Of a stretch of 64,000 nucleotides of DNA, positions 50,022 through 58,999 are shown in pieces. Position numbers and translations under genes: made by a program. Numbering within the stretch: position 1 is the stretch's first letter; each line of letters opens with the position of its first letter. Below the pieces are notes generated by a model. The model was not told the origin of the DNA. It saw only the letters and a program-made list of their open reading frames with translations, and did not search any database. Source of the DNA: a candidate division WOR-3 bacterium (GTDB lineage Bacteria > Hydrothermota > 32-111); contig JBBFKX010000002.1 of assembly GCA_037481815.1 (NCBI GenBank), positions 32,001-96,000 on the forward strand, written 5' to 3'.

Positions 50022-52685
50022 TTACTCCTTATTTTTCTTTAACTCACTCTGTGCAGCAGCAAGTCTTGCTATTGGAACTCTAAACGGCGAACATGAAACA
50101 TAATCGAAACCATTCTTATTGAAGAAATCTATCGATGCTGGATCTCCACCATGTTCTCCACAAACACCTATTTCAATATTAGGATTAACTTTTTTAGCGT
50201 CCTCAATCGCGATTTTTATCAATCTACCAACACCAACCTGATCAAGTGTCTGGAATGGATCATCTTTTAAAATCTTTTTGTCCTCAATATAGGTCTTCAG
50301 AATTGGCCCGACATCATCTCTTGAAAATCCTAAGGTGGTCTGTGTTAAATCGTTTGTTCCAAAAGAGAAGAAATCAGCTTCAGTTGCAATTTCAAAAGCT
50401 GTTAAAGCAGCTCTTGGTAACTCTATCATCGTTCCTATAAGAACCTTTAATTCCATTCCATATTCTTCGAAAACTTTTTTCATCGTGTTAACAACAACTT
50501 CTTTCTGTAACTGCAGTTCTTTAACATTTCCAACAAGAGGAATCATTATTTCAGGTATAACTTTTTTTCCTTCCTTTGTTACTATACATGCCGCTTCGAT
50601 GATCGCTCTTGTTTGCATCTCAGTTATTTCAGGATATGTTATTCCCAATCTACAACCTCTATGGCCGAGCATTGGATTCGCTTCTTTCAAACTCTCTATC
50701 TTCTGTTCAAGAATATCAACAGAGATCCCCATCTTTGAAGCCAAAATCTTTATCTGAGTTTCCTCTTTCGGTAAAAATTCATGCAATGGTGGATCAAGAG
50801 TTCTAATAACAACAGGATATCCATCCATAGCCCTGAATATTCCGATAAAATCTTCCCTCTGCATCGGCAAAATTTTGTCAAGAGCTTTTTTTCTTTCTTC
50901 TGATGTAGAAGAAAGTATCATCTGTCTCATCGCTTCAATTCTATCCTCACCAAAAAACATATGTTCGGTTCTACAGAGTCCAATACCTTTTGCTCCAAAA
51001 TTTCTTGCCGTCAAAGCATCTGAAGGTGTGTCAGCGTTTGCTCTTATTTCCAATCTTTTGAACTCATCTGTCAATTTCATCAAAGTTTCAAATTCATTTT
51101 TAAGTTCAGGTTTTACCTTGTTTACATTTCCTTCGATCACACGACCTGTTGAACCATCGATTGTGATAAAATCACCATCCTTCAAAACTTTATCCTTTAT
51201 CTTCATTATTCTTTTATCATGATCTATTTCTATATCAGAACAACCTACAACGCACGGTTTACCGAGCCCTCTGGCAACAACTGCTGCGTGAGATGTCATT
51301 CCTCCTCTTGCAGTTAAAATACCATTACATATGTTCATTCCTACAATATCCTCTGGTGATGTCTCCTCTCTAACAAGGATAAGATCGTTTTCATTCTTTT
51401 TTCTTTCTACAGCTTCTTTCGCTGAGAAAACAATTCTTCCACTTGCAGCACCTGGAGAGGCAGGTAAACCTTTTCCTAAAATGTTCAGTTTTGCTTTCGG
51501 GTCTATCATTGGATGTAACATACCATCAACATCTTTTGGAGTAACCCTTAAAACAGCGGTTTTCTTATCTATTATTCCTTCTTCATAAAGGTTTATCGCT
51601 ATCTTTATCGCTGCCTGTGGAGTTCTTTTGCCATTCCTTGTTTGGAGCATCCATAGTTTTCCTTTTTCTATAGTGAATTCCATATCCTGCATATCTTTGT
51701 AATGTTTCTCGAGAAGGTTTCTATAACCTTCAAGTTCTTTATAAAGTTCTGGCATCAACTCTTCGAGCGTTTTTTGAGAATCGTCGGTTTTCGAATTCTT
51801 GTTTATAGGTTGTGGAGTTCTTATTCCTGCAACAACATCTTCTCCCTGTGCGTTTACAAGATACTCTCCATAAAAATAGTTTTCACCTGTTGAAGGATTT
51901 CTGGTAAAAGCAACACCGGTTGCTGAATCGTTTCCCATATTTCCAAAAACCATCGACTGAACGTTTACAGCTGTTCCCCAATCTTCAGGAATCTTTTCTA
52001 TCTTTCTATATTCAATAGCTCTTTCATTGTTCCACGATTTGAATACAGCTTCTATTGCTCCCCACAACTGAACATTTACATCCTCAGGGAAATCTTTTCC
52101 TGTTTCCTTTTTAACAAGTTCTTTGTAAAGTTTCACTATCTTTTTAAGGTCATCGACATCAAGTTCAACATCCTGAGTAATTTTTTTATCTTTTTTTACT
52201 TTGCTCAATATCTCTTCAAAATGTTTATGTTCAACATGTAAAACCACATCACCATACATTTGAATAAATCTTCTGAAAGCATCATATGCGAATCTTTCAT
52301 TGTTTGTGGATTTTGCAAGCCCCAACACAGTTATTTCATTTAAACCTAAATTTAAAATTGTGTCCATCATTCCAGGCATCGATGCAGGGGCACCAGATCT
52401 AACTGAAACAAGTAAAGGATTGTTTTGATCCCCAAACTTTTTTCCTAAAATCTCCTCTAATTTTTTCATATTTTTTTCAACATCTTTTTCAAGTCCTTCT
52501 GGATATTTACCACCAGTTTTTGTAAAATAGGCACAAACTTCGGTTGTTATAGTAAAACCTGGAGGAACAGGTAAACCTAAAGACGCCATCTCTGCAAGGT
52601 TGGCTCCTTTCCCTCCTAGAAGCATCTTCATAGAAGCGTTGCCTTCTGTGACTCCTTTTCCAAAGAAGTAAATCATCTTTTCCAT
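50022..52685 (-). CDS. ppdK: Pyruvate, phosphate dikinase
   Basis: GGKGANLAEM, SMPGMMDT, AQGEDVVAG, GGMTSHAAVVARG, GLCRTEHMF, SFGTNDLTQ, CGEHGG. Confidence 0.97.
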   Translation of the reverse strand: MEKMIYFFGKGVTEGNASMKMLLGGKGANLAEMASLGLPVPPGFTITTEVCAYFTKTGGKYPEGLEKDVEKNMKKLEEILGKKFGDQNNPLLVSVRSGAPASMPGMMDTILNLGLNEITVLGLAKSTNNERFAYDAFRRFIQMYGDVVLHVEHKHFEEILSKVKKDKKITQDVELDVDDLKKIVKLYKELVKKETGKDFPEDVNVQLWGAIEAVFKSWNNERAIEYRKIEKIPEDWGTAVNVQSMVFGNMGNDSATGVAFTRNPSTGENYFYGEYLVNAQGEDVVAGIRTPQPINKNSKTDDSQKTLEELMPELYKELEGYRNLLEKHYKDMQDMEFTIEKGKLWMLQTRNGKRTPQAAIKIAINLYEEGIIDKKTAVLRVTPKDVDGMLHPMIDPKAKLNILGKGLPASPGAASGRIVFSAKEAVERKKNENDLILVREETSPEDIVGMNICNGILTARGGMTSHAAVVARGLGKPCVVGCSDIEIDHDKRIMKIKDKVLKDGDFITIDGSTGRVIEGNVNKVKPELKNEFETLMKLTDEFKRLEIRANADTPSDALTARNFGAKGIGLCRTEHMFFGEDRIEAMRQMILSSTSEERKKALDKILPMQREDFIGIFRAMDGYPVVIRTLDPPLHEFLPKEETQIKILASKMGISVDILEQKIESLKEANPMLGHRGCRLGITYPEITEMQTRAIIEAACIVTKEGKKVIPEIMIPLVGNVKELQLQKEVVVNTMKKVFEEYGMELKVLIGTMIELPRAALTAFEIATEADFFSFGTNDLTQTTLGFSRDDVGPILKTYIEDKKILKDDPFQTLDQVGVGRLIKIAIEDAKKVNPNIEIGVCGEHGGDPASIDFFNKNGFDYVSCSPFRVPIARLAAAQSELKKNKE

Positions 52686-52726
52686 CTTATTAACCTCCTG
52701 ATTTTTTGAAAATTTTTAAGAATTGT

Positions 52727-52755
52727 ATTTTATTATAAATAAACATAAAAATCAA
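52727..52755 (-). promoter_or_regulatory. Promoter of ppdK operon
   Basis: TTGATT(52755-52750)-17bp-TAAAAT(52732-52727); SD AGGAGG. Confidence 0.55.
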
Positions 52756-52775
52756 GTATTTTATTTTCTTCCATG

Positions 52776-52803
52776 TTGACAAAATAGTAAAAAAAGATAC
52801 TAT
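52776..52803 (+). promoter_or_regulatory. Promoter of cysteine desulfurase-like gene, probably leaderless
   Basis: TTGACA(52776-52781)-16bp-TACTAT(52798-52803)-6nt-ATG 52810; no SD. Confidence 0.7.
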
Positions 52804-52809
52804 TCTTTT

Positions 52810-54075
52810 ATGAAAAATTATAAAAAGTATTTTCCATTTTTTAAAAATAATCCAAAAAAAGTTTATCTTGATAGTGCATGTATGGGATTAAAACCATACA
52901 CTGTAATAAAAAGTATAAACGAATATTATCTAAAATATTCGATCTGTGCAGGGAGATCTACTTATAAACTATCAAAAGATCTCGAAGAGAAACTTGATAT
53001 TTCAAGAGAAAAGATTGCAAAACTCATCAACGCAAAAAGTAAAAGAGAGATTGTCTGGACCAAAAACACAACAGAATCGATAAACATTTTAGCGAAATCT
53101 TTTAGATTCGAAAAGGATAAAAAAAGAGTTATCATAACAGAAAAGGAGCACAATTCGAATCATTGTGTTTGGAAAGAATTATCCAAAAAAGGTATTATAG
53201 ATCTTACAATTTTAGATGTGAACAAAGATAACACTTTTAACTTAGAGATGCTTGAAGAACAACTAAAAAAAGGTGATGTCGGTATTGTATCAACGGTTCA
53301 TATTTCAAATCTTGATGGGATCGAAAACCCAATAAAAAAAATATCAGAGTTAACACATAAATACGGAGCATACCTTTTGATCGATGCGGCACAATCTGTT
53401 CCACATACCAAAGTTGATGTTTCAAAAAATTCAATAGATTTTCTGGCTTTTTCAATACATAAACTCTATGGGCCAACGGGACTTGGAGTGTTGTATGTAA
53501 AAAGCGAACTTTTCGATAAACTTGATCTTTACAATGTTGGGGGAGACACTATAAGAAACACTTTTATCGATAAAGACCCAGAATACAGAACATATCCTTA
53601 CAAATATGAAGCGGGACTTGCTTATTTTTCTGGGATATACGGTGTTTCATCGGTTGTTGATTTCATAAACAAAATTGGTTATCAAAATATGGAAGAAAGG
53701 ATCAATCTTTTGAACAACAGATTCAGACAGTTTTTAAAACAGTTTGAAGAAATTAAGATAATAGGTGATATCGAATCAGAAGATAAAATAAAAGGTATCA
53801 CAACATTTTTCATAAAAAAGTTTACAAGATTTTCGGAAAATGATCCAACGATTGGAGAAAAACTTGATAAAAAATATAACATACTCTTAAGAACAGGTTT
53901 TTTCTGTGTTAACCCATATTTTGATAACAGAGAAAAAAGAGGTGAGATTAATCCTATATACTACCCAGCGATAAGAGCATCATTTGGTTTTTACAACGAC
54001 GAAGAGGACCTTGAAAAACTGGAAAAAAGTATAAAAGGTATTTTAAATTCTCTTAAAGGTTGGCCAACATTATGA
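52810..54075 (+). CDS. Class V PLP enzyme, SufS/CsdA-like cysteine desulfurase
   Basis: YLDSA, NTTESIN, EHNSN, DAAQSVPH, SIHKLYGPTG, RTGFFC, RASFGFYN. Confidence 0.82.
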   Translation: MKNYKKYFPFFKNNPKKVYLDSACMGLKPYTVIKSINEYYLKYSICAGRSTYKLSKDLEEKLDISREKIAKLINAKSKREIVWTKNTTESINILAKSFRFEKDKKRVIITEKEHNSNHCVWKELSKKGIIDLTILDVNKDNTFNLEMLEEQLKKGDVGIVSTVHISNLDGIENPIKKISELTHKYGAYLLIDAAQSVPHTKVDVSKNSIDFLAFSIHKLYGPTGLGVLYVKSELFDKLDLYNVGGDTIRNTFIDKDPEYRTYPYKYEAGLAYFSGIYGVSSVVDFINKIGYQNMEERINLLNNRFRQFLKQFEEIKIIGDIESEDKIKGITTFFIKKFTRFSENDPTIGEKLDKKYNILLRTGFFCVNPYFDNREKRGEINPIYYPAIRASFGFYNDEEDLEKLEKSIKGILNSLKGWPTL

Positions 54076-54461
54076 AAAAGAATCAACTAAAAAAATATCT
54101 CATCAAAATCCAGAAGGAAAATAAAGAACCTATAAAAAATTTCAACATTTCGATCGAAGGATCTGTGTGCGATACGAACACAAAATTCAAAGATGTTGTT
54201 TCCTTTTATATTTTAAATGAAAATGGAGTGATAAAGGAAATTTCAGTGAAATGTGGGCCCTGTGATCCTTACGCGTACATCACATCCAATATACTTTCTA
54301 AAATCTTAAAGGGACTAAAGATTGAACAGATAAGAATAAACAACGATATGATATACCAAGAATTTTTAAAATCTCTCGATTATAGGATCGATGAGGATAT
54401 GAGATTCCATTTTGAAACTCTTCTAAAAATCCTGGAAGATAAATTGAATGAAATCAAATAA
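54072..54461 (+). CDS. Divergent SufU/IscU (NifU-N)-like protein
   Basis: ATGA-coupled to desulfurase; GSVCD...D.V.F.....GVIKEI...CGPC....SNILS..LKG pattern aligns by eye to NifU-N. Confidence 0.5.
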   Translation: MKKNQLKKYLIKIQKENKEPIKNFNISIEGSVCDTNTKFKDVVSFYILNENGVIKEISVKCGPCDPYAYITSNILSKILKGLKIEQIRINNDMIYQEFLKSLDYRIDEDMRFHFETLLKILEDKLNEIK

Positions 54462-54484
54462 AGTTTTATTAGGCTAACAATTTT

Positions 54485-55636
54485 TTATTTCATAAATTCA
54501 ACAATCCTGGTAATATAATCATAATCAATCTTTAAATTTCTTGTGGGAGCACATTCGATCACATTTTTCTTTATCTCTTCATAATCTTTTATCCCATAGA
54601 ATGAAAGTCGTGTTGGTGATTCTATATCCACAAAAAATTTTTCAATTTCCTCTATACTTTTTTCAATAACATACTCTTTTGAACCATTCAATCCAAAAAT
54701 ATTTTTACCAAAAAGAAAAAATTTCTCTGAATATTTATCTTTGTTTACTTTCATCCACGCTGGAATAACTATAGACAGTCCAGCTCCATGTGGAACATCA
54801 AACAATGCACTTAAAGCGTGTTCAATAAGATGGTTTTCAAATTTATATTTACCGATACCTGCCGTCGTTATACCTGAGAGTCCGAGTGCTGCAGCCCACA
54901 TAATGTTGGCCCTCTCGTGAAGATTTTCCGGATCTTTCAGAACTTTATAAGTCGAATCAATTACAGTTTTAACTATCGTTTCTGTAAAACCATTCTGAAT
55001 AGGGGTGTTCTCTTCTTCTGATGTAAAATATCCCTCAAGAACATGAGATATTATATCAACTGAAGCGTAAGCAGTATAATCTTTTGGAAGAGTCACAGTT
55101 AATTTCGGATCAAGAATGGAAAATTTTGGAAAAAGATTTTCACTCTGTATTCTTATTTTATGCTTTAATTTATCATTTTGAATCACAGAAATTGGATTGA
55201 ATTCACTCCCTGTTGCAGAAACAGTTAAAATTACCATAAGCGGAAGAGCTCTGTCTATTTTAATATCCTTTGAGAAAAGATCCCATGGGTCATTCTCATA
55301 AAAATAACCAGCCGCAATCGCTTTTCCCGTATCGATAACACTTCCTCCACCTAGGGTAACTATAGAATCTATTTTTTCTTTTCTTGCGATTTCAATTCCC
55401 TCTTTCACTTTTTCTATCACAGGGTTAGGTTTTACACCTTCAAGGATAAAATATTCTGAACCATTTTCTTCAATCATTTTTATAAGTTTTTCCAGAAGAC
55501 CATATTTTTTTACAGATCCTTTCCCTATTATAACCAAATGTTTTTTCCCTAAATTTTTTAAATACTCCTTTGATGAATAAAATTTATCAACACCAAATAT
55601 GATTTTAACTGGATTATAGAATATGAAACTGTTCAT
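54485..55636 (-). CDS. Iron-containing NAD(P)H-dependent alcohol/butanol dehydrogenase (BdhA/YqhD-like)
   Basis: GVKPNP, GGGSVIDTGK, ATGSE, DIISHVLEGY, HLIEHALS, HGAGL. Confidence 0.9.
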   Translation of the reverse strand: MNSFIFYNPVKIIFGVDKFYSSKEYLKNLGKKHLVIIGKGSVKKYGLLEKLIKMIEENGSEYFILEGVKPNPVIEKVKEGIEIARKEKIDSIVTLGGGSVIDTGKAIAAGYFYENDPWDLFSKDIKIDRALPLMVILTVSATGSEFNPISVIQNDKLKHKIRIQSENLFPKFSILDPKLTVTLPKDYTAYASVDIISHVLEGYFTSEEENTPIQNGFTETIVKTVIDSTYKVLKDPENLHERANIMWAAALGLSGITTAGIGKYKFENHLIEHALSALFDVPHGAGLSIVIPAWMKVNKDKYSEKFFLFGKNIFGLNGSKEYVIEKSIEEIEKFFVDIESPTRLSFYGIKDYEEIKKNVIECAPTRNLKIDYDYITRIVEFMK

Positions 55637-55658
55637 ACTTTCTCCTTTTTTACAAATG

Positions 55659-55686
55659 ATTATAAATTTTTATCGCTAAAATTCAA
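55659..55686 (-). promoter_or_regulatory. Promoter of alcohol dehydrogenase gene
   Basis: TTGAAT(55686-55681)-16bp-TATAAT(55664-55659); SD AAGGAG. Confidence 0.7.
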
Positions 55687-55740
55687 TATTAATTAAAAAT
55701 TTTTTTTAAAAAATTGTCAAAAGTTATCTTTTTGATACTG

Positions 55741-55768
55741 TTGACATACTCAAAAGATTCTATATAAT
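55741..55768 (+). promoter_or_regulatory. Consensus-hexamer promoter of lipoprotein gene
   Basis: TTGACA(55741-55746)-16bp-TATAAT(55763-55768); SD AAGGAGGT. Confidence 0.8.
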
Positions 55769-55801
55769 ACCAAAAAAATTTTTTAAAGGAGGTATTATAA
55801 A

Positions 55802-56483
55802 ATGAAGAAACTTTTTATTTATCTATTTGTAATTTTAACTATCGTTGCAATATCCTGTTCAAAACAGGAAGTAAAAATTGAAGGCAATTACAAATATTCG
55901 GTTGCTTTCACAAAAAAGATTAATTTTAAAGACATTAAAAATGTCACACTCGGTGACACAACCTACGCTTTTGGTGAAATAAATCTCTACTGGGATCTAA
56001 AAGAAGAACCAAAAGGAACAAATATCATTATTGAAAAAGCAGAAAATACAGATTCAGTTTATCAGGAACCAATAGGATATCAACTCAAAAAGACAGATTA
56101 CTTTTACAGACAAAATTTCTTCTTCAGGGAAATACTTCTATAAGGTTTCTATAGACAAAAATCTTATAAACAAGTATTCAATAGAGATCCCGGAGTTAAC
56201 AATCTATTCACCAACAACAAAAGATACAGCAGTTGCATGCAAAAATTTGACAATCTATTTCAACAAAATCAACGGAGCACAGAAATACAATATAACTCTT
56301 GTCGATTATAAAAATAACCCTGTATGGACACTTGAAAGCGCAGACACACAGATCACATACACAGGTAATCCACTTGAGCAAGGTTATGTTTACAACCTTA
56401 TAGTTTCTACAGAAGTTCTTGTTGATTCAGTAAACAAAATAAATCTAACTTCAGAATCACAATTTTTGGTAAACAAAAAGTAA
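55802..56483 (+). pseudogene. Lipoprotein with beta-sandwich/Fn3-like domains, split by a frameshift near 56075-56100
   Basis: Lipobox AISC in ORF 55802..56143; the frame of 56247..56483 is open back to 56076 and reads INSKRQITFTDKISSSGKYFYKVS..., with no start/SD of its own. Confidence 0.7.
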
Positions 56484-56507
56484 AAGTTTCTAATCAAGGA
56501 TAAAAAT

Positions 56508-56538
56508 AAAAAGGGGGAGTTTAAAACCCCCCTTTTTT
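56508..56538. terminator. Bidirectional intrinsic terminator
   Basis: AAAAAGGGGGAGTTTAAAACCCCCCTTTTTT hairpin with A/T tails between convergent genes. Confidence 0.85.
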
Positions 56539-57427
56539 AATTATTGGGTTCTATATGGATGTTTATATAAAAATTTTTACCATATTTTTCAGTTAACTTA
56601 TCCTCCACAACCTCTGTTATCTTATGTGCCTTCTCTACAGTTATCGATTTATCCACTTCTATATGAATATCTATAGCAATATAATTCCCGATTCTTCTCG
56701 TCTGAATACTGTGCGGATTTATTACTCCGTCCACACTGTTTATAATTTGTAATATATCATCCTCTTCTTTTGAACTCAACGATTTTTCTGTTAACTCATC
56801 GTAAGCATCTTTAACAATGTCTAAACCAACCTTAATGATGAAAAATGTAACTATTATCGCTGATATTGGGTCAAAGATTATTAAACTCCTATTAAAAACA
56901 GCAAGTCCAATCCCTACACTTGTTGCTATCGATGAGAATGCATCAGATCTATGGTGCCAGGCATTTGCTCTTATCGATTGACTTTTGATTCTATCAGCAA
57001 TAAAAACTGTGTACCTGTATAAACCTTCTTTCACAATTATGGATAAAAATGCAAAGAGAAAGGTTATTCGGTTGGGCTGTAGGACTTCAGATCCTTTAAT
57101 AATAAAAAAAATCGTTTTTGCTGAAGAATAAAAAATAAAAGCACCAACAAAGATTAAAAAAATTCCAACAACAAATGTTGCGAAAGTTTCAATTTTTCCG
57201 TGGCCATAGTCGTGTGAATCATCAACAGGTTTTGAAGAAAATTTTAAACCAAAGATTACCACAATATCTGTAATAAAATCTGACAACGAATGAAACCCAT
57301 CAGCTACGAGTGCTCTACTTTTACCAACGATTCCAAAAAATATTTTTAACGAGGTTAAAGCAATATTTATGAAAAGCCCAATCAAAGTTACTCTGATACC
57401 TTCCTGTTTTCTTTTTTGATTATCCAT
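56537..57427 (-). CDS. Cation diffusion facilitator (FieF/MamB-like)
   Basis: ADGFHSLSD, HDYGHGKIE, NAWHHRSD, AHKI, IHIEP. Confidence 0.92.
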   Translation of the reverse strand: MDNQKRKQEGIRVTLIGLFINIALTSLKIFFGIVGKSRALVADGFHSLSDFITDIVVIFGLKFSSKPVDDSHDYGHGKIETFATFVVGIFLIFVGAFIFYSSAKTIFFIIKGSEVLQPNRITFLFAFLSIIVKEGLYRYTVFIADRIKSQSIRANAWHHRSDAFSSIATSVGIGLAVFNRSLIIFDPISAIIVTFFIIKVGLDIVKDAYDELTEKSLSSKEEDDILQIINSVDGVINPHSIQTRRIGNYIAIDIHIEVDKSITVEKAHKITEVVEDKLTEKYGKNFYINIHIEPNN

Positions 57428-57433
57428 AGCTTT

Positions 57434-57461
57434 ATTATAAAAGGTGAATGTAGTTTGTCAA
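57434..57461 (-). promoter_or_regulatory. Consensus-hexamer promoter of CDF gene, probably leaderless
   Basis: TTGACA(57461-57456)-16bp-TATAAT(57439-57434)-6nt-ATG 57427; no SD. Confidence 0.8.
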
Positions 57462-57463
57462 TA

Positions 57464-57491
57464 TTGACTTTAACGATAATCAATATAAAAT
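57464..57491 (+). promoter_or_regulatory. Promoter of degP-sigma-M23 operon
   Basis: TTGACT(57464-57469)-16bp-TAAAAT(57486-57491); SD GGAGGT before ATG 57521. Confidence 0.7.
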
Positions 57492-57520
57492 TATTATTTC
57501 AGAAAAATCGGAGGTGTCAT

Positions 57521-58981
57521 ATGAAAAGAAATCTGATGGTATTTATAATAGTTTTATCTGTTTTTATTCTTGGAATAATTTCAGCAAAAATTGTTGATAT
57601 AGTAGAAGCACAATCAACACTTGGTGAAGTAAAAACAATTTCTTCAGATTATGCATCTTCAGGTTATCCAAATTTTAGAGAATTGGCAAAAAAAGTTATT
57701 CCTGCTGTTGTTCATATATCTAGTGAAACTGTTGTCAAGGTTTCTCCCTTTTTTCCATTCGATGATCCCTTCTTTAGAGAATTTTTCAAAGATTTTCCAC
57801 AACTTGAGAATAAAAATAGATCCCTTGGGACCGGATTTTTAATTTCTCCAGATGGTTATATAGTCACAAACTATCATGTGATAAAAGGTGCACAAAAAAT
57901 TTCAATCAAACTCCTTGATGGAAGAGAGTTCAAAGAAAAAGAAATAGAAATTGTAGGTAAAGATGATAGAACCGATATAGCACTTTTAAAATTGAAAAAT
58001 GTTAAAAATATGCCCTATTTAAATTTTGGAGATTCAGACAATATAGAGGTTGGCGACTGGGTAATGGCTGCTGGTAATCCATTCGGTTTTGATGGAACAA
58101 TAACAGTTGGAGTTATATCAGCAAAAAATAGAACCAACATAAATCTTTCAGAAGGACCTGTATATCAAGATTTCATTCAAACTGATGCATCAATAAATCC
58201 AGGTAATTCTGGAGGGCCACTTGTAGATGTTTACGGAAACGTTATCGGTGTTAACACTGCAATCGCATCACCATCAGGTGGAAATGTTGGTATAGGTTTT
58301 GCAATTCCTTCAAACATGGTTGTCATGGTCATAAACCAGCTTAAAGATAAAGGTCTTGTTTCAAGAGGCTACCTGGGAATATATCCTCAGGAGTTGACAT
58401 CCGATCTAAAAAAGAAATTTAAGATGAAAGAGGAAGATACTGGAATACTCGTTTCACAGGTTGAAGAAAATTCTCCTGCTTATAAAGCAGGGCTAAAGGA
58501 AGGAGATATAATTTTAGAGTTTGATGGAAAAAAGGTTGAAAATGTGAGTAAATTCAGAATTCTTGTAGCACAAACAAAAGTTGGGAAAAATGTAAAAATT
58601 TTAATTTTAAGAGATGGTAATAAAATTACTCTTGAAGCAAAGATCGGTGAACTTAAAGAGGATCTCGCACAAAAAGAAGAAGAAAAACAGATCGAAAGTA
58701 AATGGCTTGGAATTGTTGTTGATGAGATAACAACTGATTATAAAAATCAGTTCAATATCACAATAGATAAAGGAGTTGTAATCACAGATATTGAAAATAA
58801 TTCACCTGTAATAGAAGCAGGGATAAGGGTTGGCGATGTTATCGTAAAAATTGAAGACATGAAAATAACAAATATTTCAGACTATAAAAATGCAGAAAAA
58901 AAGTATGGTAAAAATGAAGATGTTCTTTTAACCCTTAAAAGAGGAAATCTAAACATCTGGGTTGTTGTGAAAACAAAATAA
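57521..58981 (+). CDS. degP: DegP/DegQ (HtrA) serine protease with two PDZ domains
   Basis: TNYHV, TDIAL, QTDASINPGNSGG, two PDZ repeats; start moved to 57521. Confidence 0.92.
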   Translation: MKRNLMVFIIVLSVFILGIISAKIVDIVEAQSTLGEVKTISSDYASSGYPNFRELAKKVIPAVVHISSETVVKVSPFFPFDDPFFREFFKDFPQLENKNRSLGTGFLISPDGYIVTNYHVIKGAQKISIKLLDGREFKEKEIEIVGKDDRTDIALLKLKNVKNMPYLNFGDSDNIEVGDWVMAAGNPFGFDGTITVGVISAKNRTNINLSEGPVYQDFIQTDASINPGNSGGPLVDVYGNVIGVNTAIASPSGGNVGIGFAIPSNMVVMVINQLKDKGLVSRGYLGIYPQELTSDLKKKFKMKEEDTGILVSQVEENSPAYKAGLKEGDIILEFDGKKVENVSKFRILVAQTKVGKNVKILILRDGNKITLEAKIGELKEDLAQKEEEKQIESKWLGIVVDEITTDYKNQFNITIDKGVVITDIENNSPVIEAGIRVGDVIVKIEDMKITNISDYKNAEKKYGKNEDVLLTLKRGNLNIWVVVKTK

Positions 58982-58999
58982 AAATCAAGGAAGGTAAAG

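Noticed and set aside
55714..55737. Imperfect inverted repeat TGTCAAAAG..TTTTTGATA as a Rex or other operator near adh
   Set aside because: Poor match to the Rex consensus and expected by chance in AT-rich DNA.
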